Positions 10,001 through 24,000 of a stretch of 55,930 nt of DNA are shown piece by piece. The position numbers were made by a program, and so were the translations under genes. The DNA lies in NCBI GenBank assembly GCA_001642005.1, contig LWCA01000097.1, positions 1-55,930 of the forward strand, read 5' to 3'. Position 1 is the stretch's first letter. The number at the start of each line of letters is the position of its first letter. Source of the DNA: Intoshia linei (Eukaryota > Animalia > Orthonectida). Below the pieces are notes generated by a model. It worked only from the letters and a program-made list of their open reading frames with translations. It made no database searches and was not told where the DNA came from.

Positions 10001-13000
10001 TGAAGAATCAATCAATGCATTAACTAAATATGCAAAACATTTTATTATATACATTTTTAGATTAGAAAGTATACCAACCTTTACAAAGAAAGAAAATGTG
10101 AATTGTATTTACGCCATTGGAAAATCTCACGACAGTAGCAATAACATGAATGTAAGTTGATCAATAACTTTGTAATTTGATTTTTTATATAACTACAGTC
10201 AGACTTCTCAACCCTCCATTTTGCCGCCACTAAAATGCTTTTTTGACCATGAAGGCGTCACTTATTCAGATTGAAATTTTTTGTGTGTGTTAACAGGATA
10301 CAACTGTACTACCTGTAAATTTTTTGAAATTCTAGGGCTGTTTTCATAAAAAAAGAAGGGTAATTTTTTAAATTCTAGGGCTGTTTTCATTAAAAAAAGG
10401 GTAATTTGAGGTTTTTGCTTTGAAGGTATATTTTTTTAAATGTAGATTTATGATAATATTTATGATTTTAAAATCCGTATGAAACCATATATTTTTTTAA
10501 ACTCTTGACTCGTTTGATTTTCAAAAAAAGAACAATTGGACTTTTTGACCCGTAAGATGTTAGTTTGGGAGGTTGAAATTTATTTTGCTAACATTCCGGA
10601 AAAAACTGTAATTGAAATGTGGAATTTATAAAATTCTAAAACTGGTAGTTATTGAAATAAACGGGAACACACACAGACACACAAACAAATATTGCGTAGC
10701 ATATTATATAAGTAAGAATGCTTATTAAGCAGTCATATAGAAAAATAATAAAAAATATAGTGGCTTTATTGACAGGTCTGACTATAATAAGTATAAGTTA
10801 CTTAGAAAATTGTCTTTAAAGTTCATGTCATCTTGAAACTACATTTGGTCACTTTAAATAAAACAATATCGAGTGTGATATAAGATATTACATTTGCAAT
10901 TAAATTTGAAGTTCGTGTTCAGATTTACGATTTTAATCGGATCATACTTCCCACCGTGTTATAAAGCTCTACTGTACAGACTTTTTTTAATTAAAACACT
11001 AAACTAAAATAAAATAAATACACTTATATTCCAAAATTATACATTGTACCATGTACATTAACAATCTAGAAATCAAAAAGTGTAGTATTATGCATGATTT
11101 ATTGCTTCAAAGAAAATTTGCTTATTGGAGGAACTGAATACGGAGATATATGTATTCATTTATATATAAAATGTTTATTAATAAGAATAAAAACAATAAT
11201 ATTTTTAAAGTGTTATGATTAATATTCATTCATTTTACGTATATAAAGTAATTTACAATGTTAGTAAAAAATGTATATCTGTATATTTATTTGTTACAAT
11301 TAATTTAAGAAAATATGAATACTTATTTCTAATAAATTTTTAGCGCAAATTTGATTTTCAGAAATTGAATCTTTCAAGGCCAAACCTAATATTTTTTTTT
11401 TAAATTCAAACGAGTTCTAGAATTATAAAAAATGCATAATCTGATAGAGATTTTAAACCATCAACGTTATGATAAATTTGAATTTCAAAATCTTATATCA
11501 TCATGGCCAAAATGACAAATTATCTTTTTTTTAAAAATAACAAAAATAATATTATTTTATTCAACATACATTGTGGGATAGATTTTAAAATGTCAAATAT
11601 AAAAATTTTCATTTTCAAGATGAAAACCTCAGATTACCCTTTTTTTAAAAAATGAAAATAGTCCTAGAATTTTAAAAAAACAAGTTGATACAGTTATATT
11701 CAGTTGACATGTCCAAAAAATTTGAACTGACAAAGTGACGACTTCACGATCAAAAAATCAGTTTAGAATTTTTTTTTATTTTGAAACTATTTTATTAACA
11801 AAAAATTTAAAGTAATTAGCGTCCAACAATTAAAAAAATTATTATTCTGATAATTCTAAATTACTTTTTATAAGTAAGGACTATAATATTATCGACCCAT
11901 ATAATGCACTAATGTATGTTATTTGAATGTAAATTTTAGATTTATGGGAATATGAAAAGAAATTTTCTGAAGATATAGTGTTTGACTATGATTCATCTGC
12001 CAGAACTTATGGAAATTTAGACACAATAGAATCAGGTAAATATCATTTAAATAATACTTATGACTACTATAATAACATTATCAATGGATATTACATTATA
12101 ATATAAAGTTTTGTTTTGAATCGTTATATTTACAATAAACGTCTAAAGTTAATAACTTACGAATTAATAATTCAATATTGCGTGAATTTAATATTTTATT
12201 AATTTGGAATATTTAGAAATTGGAAGTGAATTGAACGAGTTCACCAAATCATTAACATACTCCTTTGTATGTAAATACATAATGAAGGAACATAATATGT
12301 GCATAAATTCATTAGTGCTAATTGAACAGGATATAATATATTTGGTACATTTAATCACCATTACATTACTTCGTATACTTTTCTGGAATATTTCTATTTG
12401 CATCTATCTCTTTTTATTTGCATAAACAATTAAATTTACTGACCCCAAAAATTAAAACGGGTATCTAGTCAGTTCGACACGTTTTCAGGTGGTTTTACTT
12501 GAATTTAAAATATTTTTACGTTGCGCCAGCACATTTTATATGTGCTTACGAAAAATTGAAAACGACTATATACTATTTCATAAATGGTCAGTTACATCAG
12601 ATTTTTTTTGTTTTTCGTTCTGAAGCAACTTTTCTTGTTAAATTTGTAGCTTTTCCTATAAAAATCTTATACTATAATGAACATTTTCTATAAGCTAGTG
12701 TAGCGAGAAAAAAGATGTACTATCACTTTTAGTTTATTTGGAATAAATTTTAAACCGAAAATTTTTATTCGTCATCATAGATAAGTAGTTTTGGCTTTAC
12801 ATTTATCACCAAATAAACTAAAATTGATAGTACGTTTTTTTTCTGGTAAGCATATATAAGCACTTAAAAAATGTGAAATTTCTACTGTTTTGTTATTTTC
12901 ATTGTGCGGCAAATTTTTTTTATTGCTTCCAATATCACTCCAATGGAAAGAAGGTTGAGACATACTGGTTTAGTACAACGACTCAAACTTCCTGAATATG

Positions 13001-14965
13001 TCTGAAGTATTATGCTAATACATATTTATTGTAAATACAGTCAATTCTGTTCTATATGAACATTAAGGGACCAGGTTTTGACCATGTTCATACTATACTG
13101 TAATATTAACATATATGAATGGCGATAATAATATAATTAAAAGTTTCGAAATGTCCAATCAATGTTTGTTCAAACAAAATTGTCGTGTTCATATTCTAGG
13201 ATGTTTATATAGAACAGAATTGACTGTATTTAAATAATATGATAATATTAGCGACACGTTGATATGATATCACATCTAGTCTAGACATTTATTGTGAACC
13301 ACATTTACACTGTCCATGTAAATTACATAGTTCAATCTATGAATATTTTAGTATCTTTAGTGCATTATTCAGTTTCAGATCACTTAATTGGCCCTTTGCT
13401 GGTTAATAATGATAAATTGTGGCAATTATCATGTAGCCTTGATTATCGTATATTTAGGTTAGCTGTTGTGCCAATAATATGATATGCCTGTGGGATATAA
13501 CAAACAAAAAGTATGTGTTTAGACTACATTTATACATTTTCATAATTGTGATTACATGAACTTTTTAGATTCTTATATCAATTTCGAATAAATAAATCAT
13601 TAGAATTGGATGGTGTGGGAAATCTGGCTTATATATACAATTTGTATTCATTTAATAAATTCAAATATAGTTTAATTAATTTATAGAAGTCATTTGGCAT
13701 TTAGTTACACGGATTGTAATATTTGTATATTTAATTTTGACAATAAAAATTCACAAATTAACGTTAAGTACATATTGGATAAACATACTGATAATATTAA
13801 CAATATTCTGTACAATTCCATTAAAGAAACGCTTGTCACATCTTCTGAGGACGGTGGCATTCGTATTTGGGTAACTTTATAATTTATCTGAATAAACTTA
13901 CAAGTAATAAGTATATTAACCATTATACATTAGCTGGATGATTCTTTTATAAAATAACCAATTATCTGAAATAACTTATTTCAAATACTGACTCGTATTC
14001 ACCAATATCAACAATGAATTCATGACAATGATAGAGAATGAATTCTTAGCCTGATGCCAGAAAATTTTTGAATTAAAATCATTTTAAAGATATATTTTTT
14101 AAACTTGAATCAAGTTTTGAAAATAAATTTAATTAATAACAAATTTTGTTTATTATTTTAAAATTTTCAATATATTTTAAAATTATATTGGTAAATCAGA
14201 CAAACCAGTGTTTTTTATATTGAAAGATTTTTTCTAATTCAAAATGTAAAGCCATTTTTAGTCATTTCATCTAGCAATTTTTTATTACCGTAGTTATTTA
14301 ATTTTATTCAATTAAGGTGTTCTAAATAGACAAAGTTTAAGGATCCTAGTAATAGACTCTATCACTCTATTAGATAGAGGGTTATAAATATATTTATGTA
14401 TTTACAATGTTAAAAAAGTTGTAAGAAAAAATTTTGAGAACCTTAATGCACAATGTAGATATTTAAGATGGAGAAACCTAAAAATGGAATATAAATTATA
14501 TTTTAGGATACTAATAATAATTATTGTTGTATTTACTTTCTGCAATGTGAACTAACAGCTCAAATAATGTGTATAAATTTAAACACTGGATCCATAGTTG
14601 TGGCTATAGATAATATCATCAAGTAATTTATTTTTTAAATTGTATATATACATATGTATATATTAAACCCCTCCAAGGAGATCGTCGAGGTAATTGAGTT
14701 TCGGCTGTAGGCTTCAGTATTTTAAAATGTTCAAGACAGTAAATAAGGAATCTAAGTCTTATGAAAGACTCTTAGATCAAAATATGTTTATATACAATAA
14801 ATATTTAGAGTCTTTCACCATGAAGAGTTTTATGTGACTGATGCTTATACTGGACATGAGAATACAATAAAAAAATTAATTCACCTTAAAAAAGAAAAAA
14901 AATATTTAACCATGTCAAATGATAAAACTATTCGATTTTGGAATACACTGAATTCACCAAACTGA
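7042..14965 (+). CDS. WD40-repeat protein, multi-exon, 5' part not found
   Basis: Exons 7042-7140 (GSTDRRQLLLWKFNP), 7729-7819, ~10061-10151, 11070-11151 (LLIGGTEYGDI), 11940-12035, 12217-12344, 13458-13510 (ICLWD), 13569-13643, 13687-13870 (KHTDNINNI...TSSEDGGIRIW), 14507-14622 and 14809-14965 (GHENTIKKL...MSNDKTIRFWN*). Exons between 7820 and 10060 are uncertain. Confidence 0.85.
8960..9422 (-). pseudogene. Decayed hATm-like transposase N-terminal fragment in a WD40 intron
   Basis: Interrupted frame VRSVFRRYL...TIAEEIPLLYL*KFNIKPIRLNSIKTKLTKLIVEYSQF...FLINCKTKFDV matches the hATm N-terminal pattern IAxEVxxIWxKAxIPT..IxxKLxxL..F..LFDI. Confidence 0.5.
10196..10784. mobile_element. TA-flanked MITE with a nested Helitron family A copy (~10230-10718, minus)
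   Basis: Imperfect TIRs CAGTCAGACTTCTCAA / TTGACAGGTCTGACTA. The interior matches 6105-6556, including the GCGTAGCATATTATATAAGTAAG terminus. Confidence 0.65.
12720..12830. mobile_element. Small TA-flanked MITE (111 bp)
   Basis: TIRs CTATCACTTTTAGTTTATTTGG / CCAAATAAACTAAAATTGATAG. A second copy lies at ~19604-19716. Confidence 0.75.
13038..13226. mobile_element. TA-flanked pogo/Tc1-type MITE (189 bp)
   Basis: TIRs CAGTCAATTCTGTTCTATATGAACAT / ATGTTTATATAGAACAGAATTGACTG; TA TSD. Confidence 0.85.
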
Positions 14966-15173
14966 TATTTATCAAATCAAAATTAATGTAAATAAATGCA
15001 TCATTTGTTTTAAACCAACCCATGACACGTGTATGTAACAGGGGAGGTATATATTGAATATTTTTAGAAATAATGCAAAACCAAAGCAATTTGGTATTAT
15101 ATATATTGTAGTACATATTATTAACACGTAAGATGTTTATTATATTTTTGACTTGGATTTAATTCAAATTAAA

Positions 15174-17162
15174 TCACTCTGGAAGCATTTCTTGATCAAA
15201 TTCTAGTGTGTCAAACGCTGATTCGTCCAAATCATTTTTATAGGTAGGCACAGCTTGAGTTTTCAAATTTGTATCATTATTATTGTAATTGTAAGTTTCA
15301 GATGTATCTAATATATGGAATGTTATATAAAACGTATTTAATTATTACCATATCTATATGATCTACTACTACCACCATCACTCGATTTTTTATGTGAACG
15401 CCTCTAAATTGCAATATTCAATGATTAAAATTTTTAACTACACTACTCTCTAATATTATCCAATGTTAGAATTCTATTATTAGTGAAATTATTATTATTA
15501 GAGAATAATTTATCAGAATAAATGCACTTTTATATATTTACATATATCAATTTAATCTTACTCTCGTATTAGATTTGATTAATTTATCGTATTTTCCTCT
15601 GTAATGTTCAGCATCATCCAAAGCCATATCAGTACATATTTTTATCAGATTTGTTAATGCTACAATTGTAATTTAAATTTGTTAATATGTAATTTCTATT
15701 TATTTATAATATAAATTAATATATCTGATAATGTATCGATGATACATTGATTTATGACTCTGTTGATTGCAAACTTGTATATTAAATATATATATAATAA
15801 TAATAATAAAATAATATATAAAATTGTATATGGATAGATAATATACATAAAGTTATTTACCCTCCTCATTATCAGGAAAGAGTTTATGAACAGATTTGTA
15901 TTCTTCTAACGCTCTTTGATAGTTTCCAGATTTTCTGAAGCATTGAGCAACAATAAGGTGATAATCGACATGATTTGGGCTAAAATATATTCATATATGT
16001 AAATATTATGACATTTTGTTGATATGTGGACATTAGGGTGTCACACCCATCAAGGAATTAAGGGCGATTAGTGTGGAAATGGTGTATTATCATGATATAT
16101 AAAATAATCTATAATGGGATGTTGCAAAGATGCCGATTCGAGTTGCGCTCATCATTTTAAATATCCTTTTGAAAATCGTATAGAAAAATTTAACTGTAAC
16201 TTTATTTTTTGCAAAAACAATATTGTGATAAGTTGTGATGGTTTAAATTTTATGGTTTTAACACCCACGCTTAACTATACATTTCAATTTTTAAAATTTG
16301 ATTCTAGCTCGATTTTTGTGGTTTTTATCGAGGTTCAAATTTCGGTTATTTGAAATGGTATTTTGAAAACGTTTACATAAACATTATTGCATAAATAACC
16401 GAACTTTATAAAATTCTAAGACTGGTAGTTATTTCAATAAAGTGGAACACACACACAAACAAAAATCGCGTAGCATATTATATAAGTAAGGATAATAATA
16501 TATTAGTAATATATACTATTTGTATATGTGTAAATACGTTATTAATATTATATACACTTTATGTACATTTTTATGTATTAATATGATTTGTGATACATGT
16601 ATTAGTGAGTGTATATAATATAATGTAATATGCTATGCATGTATGTTATTAATACCAAATTAAGGTGGCTTTTTGAGCAAATTGTAAACTTTTTTCATGC
16701 AAATCAGAGCTAGTGTAGTACTTTTCAAGCCAAATGACTACGTCTAGGTTAGACGGATCATATCGGTAGGCATCTTGGTAGTATTGACAAGCAGTAATCA
16801 AATCTCCGTTTAATTCGTATACTCTACCAATTCTTTTAAGTACATTGGCGTCACTTGGACACACTGTGATTAATTGTAGATACCATTCAATTGCTTGTGA
16901 TATATCATTTTGTTTTTCATATCTAGAAAATCGATATGTGATACATAATACTGTATGTTATTTAATGGTTATATTCTTAGTAAATATTATTATTAAGCAT
17001 ATATTTATTATCACATAATTTGTTATGTAGTGATTAATGATATAATGATTTACATGTCAGCTATATTGAACATTATTTGTGGATCATTCACTACTATTGC
17101 ATTCAACTTTAAAAAGTTGTCTAATGCATCGTTGTACAATTTCAGATTTTTATTGCAAAGAC
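15174..17162 (-). CDS. IFT88: Intraflagellar transport protein 88, C-terminal TPR part (5' exons not found)
   Basis: Exons 17162-17054 (GLCNKNLKLYNDALDNFLKLNAIVVNDPQIMFNIAD), 16922-16656 (SQAIEWYLQL...YYQDAYRYDPSNLDVVIWL), 15979-15861 (LIVAQCFRKSGNYQRALEEYK..HKLFPDNEE) and 15659-15562 (LIKICTDMAL). The last exon ends DQEMLPE*. All match IFT88 signatures. Confidence 0.92.
16400..16492 (-). mobile_element. Helitron family A 5' end in an IFT88 intron
   Basis: ...GTGGAACACACACACAAACAAAAATCGCGTAGCATATTATATAAGTAAGGA|T. Confidence 0.7.
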
Positions 17163-19096
17163 CTAAGTAAATACATGTAAAAATTAATAAAAAAACATAC
17201 GAAATTATTTCCAAATATAAACATAATTCTGATACAGTCACATTTCTGATCATTACAACTCATCTCATATTTACATCACATACAGTTTGTATTCTAATTG
17301 ATTAAAAAAAATTTCAACCTCAGAAATTGAAATATTCCAAGTTAAAAATAAATTTTATTTATTAGTAACTATTTTACTTTATATAAATGAGTATATCTTA
17401 TTATTTTTCAAACTTTTGAATTAAATATTTATCCTTAGATTTCAACAAAAAAACAGGAGTGAACTTATAGATGTATATTTGTAAAAAAATACTATTGGTT
17501 TTATTCTCTGGTAATATTCTATTGCTTGGGGTTTTTACAATAAACAACATTTTCTAAAAGATGGCATAAAGTATATGATAAACTAAAATGTAACTTTTTT
17601 ATATATGAACAGTGTTCATTAAGGCTGTGACAAAATTTTAAAAATTAAGTTCAGGATCGGAAAAAGTTAAGTAATTAATCAAAAGTGACAATAACGATAG
17701 AGCAAACTTACTCAGTCTAAAATGAATATATTATGTTAATTCATTCTCTACATAAAATTATAATGTTTGATATATAAGTTTCTAGAACTACACTATTGTA
17801 GTTACTGCTAGTACTTAATATCATTATCTTGTTGCTGAATATAGTATATTCATATTATATTATATACTTATAATTTCATTTTTATGAGTTATATACCCGA
17901 TTAAGCTACTGTGACAATGCAAAAAAATTATATTAATTAGATAAACATTTGCGGATACGCTTGCGATTTTAAAAATCCCATACAAAATTAAAATAACTTG
18001 ATTTAATGAAATGTGTTAGCTATGTTTTGAGTGGTCTTGTGTTGATCTTCATGTTTGGTTTTTCATTTTGCATCTTTAAATTCGTTTATACCTCGTTTAC
18101 TTTTTATTTTATCGATGTTTAAAGTTTTTATAGTTTTATAAAAATTACACTGTGCAAAAGAATGAAAATTTTTGTTGAGGATTTTAAAAAAAATTCAGTA
18201 TTGTCTCTCATACATTGTACATAGTTACTGAAAAATTTGTAGACAAATCTATTCGGCAAAATAGAATATACATCTATTTTAATGTGGTGATTTATTGGTT
18301 TTACAGTAACTAATGGATAAATTCGTATTTAAAAATTTGTCTGTAAAATTGTCAATTTTTAAAAAATTTCAATAATTTTGGTACTCATTCGATTCCGTTT
18401 ATCCTAAAAAATACAATAAAACAATAAAAAAACTAACAAATTGACTTTTTAAATAAAATTTAGTTAAAATATTAATTACTATTTTCAATAAAATTAGTTG
18501 AACGTTCATTTCACTACTATCGTATTCGGGATTTTCAAAAACAAGTGTATATTAAATATAAATGATCTAAGTATTTTATTTGAGAAAAACTTTCTTATGG
18601 ACAGTGCAGGTATTTTATAATTAATCAATTAAAACCGCAAAACATGGTATTTTATATTAAATATTTATTTACAATACAATGAATTAATACATTTACGCCA
18701 CCAAGTATACTCAGTAAGCATATTAGCGGATTTGACTATTTAAACCGTTTTTCATACATTAATATTAATTCTTTTCTAAAAGTTAAATGATCAAGGATGT
18801 GAGTTTTGCTGGTACCCGCATGGGCTTGCTGGTTTTTCTTACCAGCATTAAAAAATGATACCAGCACAATTATTTATAATCTAAATTTTAGATTAATAAT
18901 TTGTAGTGTTATTTCTATTTCCAATAAGATAGAAATAATAAAAAAAGATTAAGGTTAAATGATTAATACAGTACATATAAATGTATATATTATGGTAGTG
19001 TCAATAAAATAAAATATTATTTATTATGTAGTAATCTACAATTAATTGATTATTCATAAAATTTTTCCCAATTGTATCGAATAAACAATTGATCAT

Positions 19097-19439
19097 TCAA
19101 TTTTTCTGTGGATAGATTCTGAACAAAATGTTATGCACTGGTAAATTTTCAAATGATATTTCCAATCCTAATGCTAATTTTTCTTGTATATTAGATTCTT
19201 CTACCTTAAATTCATTGAATTTTTTATTTATTAATGCAGTAGAAACCCAGTTATGGAAAATATTGTCGTCTAAATCGCAATTTTCAGTAAACATATTAAT
19301 GCTATCATAATAAAAAAAATATCGAAAATGTCTAATAATTATTCCAATGTTACTAGTTTCGAAAATAATCCACCTATTTTTCCACATATTTCGCAAATTA
19401 TTAATAGTTGAAATTGATAATAAAGATGTTATTTCATCA
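19097..19439 (-). CDS. Open frame or terminal exon of an unknown gene, cut by the assembly N
   Basis: The frame is open from the N to the stop (~113 codons: DEITSLLSISTINNLRNMWKNR...FRIYPQKN*). No recognisable motif. Confidence 0.35.
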
Positions 19440-19440
19440 N
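19440..19440. other. Assembly gap or contig join (single N)
   Basis: n at 19440. Sequence to the right starts inside the MITE/mini-Helitron repeat also seen at 3894-4074. Confidence 0.9.
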
Positions 19441-21007
19441 ATGGAATCTTTTTATATATATAAAATTATAATAAATTATCAATGTAAGATATTATTACAA
19501 TAAAAAGTTTAATTATTTGTTCATATTAAATATACTTATATAAATTTAAGACATGTGTGCAGCAGCACATTTCTAATATTTTCGTTAAATGAGATTTTGA
19601 CTGTATCATTTTTAGTTTATTTGGAATAAATTTTTAAGCCAAAAATTTTTAATAGTCATCATAGCTAAGTAGTTTTGACTTTACATTTAACACCAAATAA
19701 ACTAAAATTTGTTGTACGTATTTTTTTTGCCCATTTTATATCATTGCTTTAAAAGTTTTAGCACATGCAAATTGCAAGATGCAATTGAAATAATGATCAA
19801 TACAAGAAACTTGTTTAGACTAAAATTCATTGCATTTTATTTTATCATAATTTAATTTTGGAAGTTACGATTTGTTTTATTTTATTTAATATTTGCTACC
19901 AAATTTTAAAGCCTTTATCATTTAATCCATTTTCCTTTAAGTTTTGGAATCTTTGCAAGCTTTAGATTCAACAATGAATGGGAAATTATCCAAGTTAATA
20001 ATAATTAATAAAATAACCAATGCGGGATGAGAAACTAAGTTGTATGATTAATATCCACTGATGCTGAATTATCTATTCATTGTTGAGTTTATCACTTTAT
20101 TACCTTGTGGCACCGAAGTTTATATTGCATGAAATTAAAATTTATTTTATTACATGTTTATTTTTAATTTTACTTCATGAAAATATATTACTCGCAAATA
20201 CCTGTTATTTTATTTATAGTATTTCTGTTGGAAAGTATTTTAAATAGTTCTCTCCGAATTAATCAGGTTTTTTGACTAAGTGGATCAGACTGAAATAGTT
20301 CTACGTCTTTAAATTATTAACTAATATTTTTATTTGCCTTCTTGAATTCATTGTTAATGTGGAAAATTACGTCCAAAGTAGTTCTATCACTACTGTGGTG
20401 TATAATCTCAATATTAATCGTTTTGTTACCCCAGCATGAGACCATTGAAGCTTTTTGTAAAATGTCGATTAATTGATCGCATTACTCATTCCATTGATTT
20501 CATCTTATACTTTATGTATCTAAAATTTCGATTCTAATTGAAACTTTTTAAACGTTCATAAACATCATAAACCAAAACCAAAATCATAAACATTTATTTG
20601 AAAATATTTAAATTTAATTGACTTACAATTAAAAAGAATCAAAAATAAAAGCATAAAGTGTCAGACTTATCTCATGTTGAATCCAATGAGTATCGCTGAA
20701 GCTTTAGGAATCGCAGCAAAATTATTCTAACCATTTTAGAACATTGCGCAATTCGGTAAACATTTAATTTTAAGGTTAATTTAAGCAGATGTATCTTTAC
20801 AAACAGATACATTTTAAATGTGATTCTAAACTATCGTGTTATGTTATTGATAAAATATTCAGTTTTAATTAAAATGTTTACAGATGTATAAATTAAAGAG
20901 TTTAATAATATCCATTTTTGATAGTTGTTTTAGTAGTTTTACAAAATTACAATATATTTCTAATTTTTAAAAAATTTATTCTAAATCTTGATAAAAGGAA
21001 TAATAAA

Positions 21008-24000
21008 ATGAAAAAATTAAATAAAATACAAGAAGGACCATATGAAATTAAACAAAAAAGTAAAAACACTGAAACAGAATCCAGTATATCATCTCATAAA
21101 ATATCGCGATCAAACGTAATTAATCCAATTACTGTAGCTTTACTAAAATCACAAAAAAAGAAAATGTCACTTATTGGATTTACTTTTTATGATCGTAATT
21201 ATGCAAAGCAAATAATGTACCAATTTAGAAAAAATCTAGTTTTTATATTTATGATTATATTTATTAGAGATTGCTTAAATATATATTTTACATACATAAG
21301 ATCTCAAAATAATGAGCTTAAATATAATCACGAAATGGATGATAATGTTAATAAAATTGGCCTATCTTTAAATCAAACATATTTACATCAAAACCGTACA
21401 AATAGGGTAGGAGCAAAAATACGACAACCAACGTATAATTATAATATTTACCTCGTAATTTTCATATTTGTTTCAAATATGCTTTTATTTATTGTAATAT
21501 ACATATTATCTCATGTTAAACGAGTTTCAGGAAATTACATGTCCACGTTAATTACGGCTACAATAATACTTTTGGGGTACAGTTCTTTAACTACCTTTAT
21601 AATTTATGGAAGTGAATCTAGCATAATACCACATACATTTATTTCTGTTACATCATCAATAATTATGATTTACTCTTTAATGCCTTTAAAGTTTATCACG
21701 ACATTTTTAATATCTTTATTTATTACCCTTTCCTATAATTTTATAAACATTTTAGTAACTTTGAAATATGATGAAAATAATTTTAAAATTAAATACGTTT
21801 ATTTGCATTTGAATCAAGTAATTGGAGAATGTGTTTTACAAATGTGCCTTCATCTTTTGGGTATATATATATTTTGCAATTCTAAGAAAAGAAGAGTAGC
21901 TACGCATAAAAATATTAAAAAATCTATTGATATGCAAAACGAACTTGAAATGGAAAACAATAGATATAAAAAACTTATCTATTCTTTTATTCCAATACGT
22001 TTTGCAAATATGATATTATCAAGTAAATTTAAGGAAGACGAAAATATAGATGTACCCAAGAAATTCAATAAATTTAATAAATTTACTCGATTTTTCTATC
22101 GGAAAAAGCCATATAATAAAAAGAAGGTGACAAAATTATCCATTCAATATTCTGAATATTTAAAACTTGACGATGAAAAATTTGAAAAGTTGAAAGCTTT
22201 TAGTATTGAAAAAATGAATAATGTATCCATTCTTTTTGCAGATATTGTTGGATTTACAAAAATGAGCTCCACTAAAACTGCACATACTATCGTAGAATTA
22301 CTTAATTTTCTTTTTCATAAATTTGATGACTTGTGTGAAAGTAATAATTGTGAAAAAATTGGTACTATAGGCGATTGTTATTATGCTGTAAGTGGATGTC
22401 CTGAACCATGTGAAAATCACGCAAAAAATTGCATTGAATTTGGTCTAGGTATTATCATATTTGTATAAACCAGGGGTAGCAATCTTTGCACATAACCTGC
22501 CTTGAAATGTTTAATGTCCTCTTTCAATTCTTTACCTACATAATACATACAAATTGTGTCTAATATCAAAAATCAAAATACCAATGACATATACAAATTA
22601 GTGTATGTGTGTGTTGCTATTTAGTTAGAAAATTAAGAGTCATATCATTTAGTCATACATTTTAATACATTAATACGTTTTCATACATTAGTTTACATGT
22701 AAAAATTGATACACACTCCGATTAAAAGATGACTCTAATACACATTTAATGTCATATAAATGTAATTACATTAAATATATTGTGGATTTTTAGGAATGAT
22801 TGAAATTATTCGAGAATTTGATGAAAAGTATAATGAAAATGTAAAAATGCGCATAGGTGTTCATAGTGGTTCTATATTGTGTGGTATTTGTATTGATTTT
22901 TATATTATTTCATTTATTAATTAAGGCATTGTCGGAACAACTAGATTTAAGTTTGATATTTGGTCTAATGATGTGACTATTGCTAATCGTCTTGAATCTG
23001 ATGGAATAGCAAACATGATTCATATTTCCAATATGACTGCTCAGTTAGTTAATGGTCAATATAATCTTATAGACGGGAAATCTATGGAATGTAATTTTTA
23101 AAATTTGTGTACAGTCAAACCTGTATATCATGATTAATGATCATTGATTACTAACTTTAACATTTTTTAATGTTCACATTGGGCTCGTATTCACTAAACT
23201 TTAGTCTAAACGGGTGTTGGCTAAATCTAGGTGTGATTGTAATTTCTAATTTTTTTAATTTATTTATTTAAAATTTGATTAGCTGTTTCTATCATTATAT
23301 TGTTAGATTTAGATTAATTAAAATATCATGATCATTTTTTAAACAAATTATCTGGAATTAATTATTTGTATGTGTTTTTGTTTTTATGTAAAATTTAAAA
23401 ATATTTAATTTTTAGATGTATATAAAAGAACCCTAGTGGAAAAATATATCGATGGCAGGTTTGTATCTCAGATTGAAAATGAAAAAAAACGTATATTTTC
23501 ATAACAGCAATATATTAATGTTTTAAACTTTAAGAAAAAATTTTATTTTGCTGTTGTACAAAGGGTTCAAAAAATTTAATATTTTTAATGTTTGATATTA
23601 TAATTAACATAAAATTTCAAGACAATTAATTAATCTAATTGTGTTTCCTAACTGTGAAACCAGGTCCCATCGTGAACATGTATAAAGTTTTGGTCGGTCA
23701 TCGGTAATTTGATGGGCCTGGGACATTTAAAAATAAATGTTTATTGTATTTTTTTGTCTTAAATATTTTAGTTTTTCATTTTTTAATTAAGTTGACAAAA
23801 ACCGCAACATTCAACTTTATATACAGTAGTAGTGCAGCCTTTCCAGTGGCGGATCTAGTATTTTCATCCATTCTTAAGATATTATTCAAATAATAGATAA
23901 TATTATTCATAAGAATTCTACTCGACAAATTGACCGCATCTCCCCATATGTCATAACTGAGTTTAGTATTTCCAATTACATCTAAATTGAGAAATAAATA

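Noticed and set aside
17163-17253. 38-nt GT-AG intron plus an upstream IFT88 coding exon (MIRNVTVSEL...)
   Set aside because: In the phase required by the downstream exon there is a TAA two codons before the donor, and the peptide does not resemble IFT88.
18190-18320. Possible piggyBac cysteine-rich C-terminal remnant on the minus strand
   Set aside because: Too degenerate, and no TIR/TTAA boundaries could be established.
20918-21007. N-terminal extension of cyclase 1 from the ORF track
   Set aside because: It starts at TTG. The first ATG with AAAATG context is at 21008.
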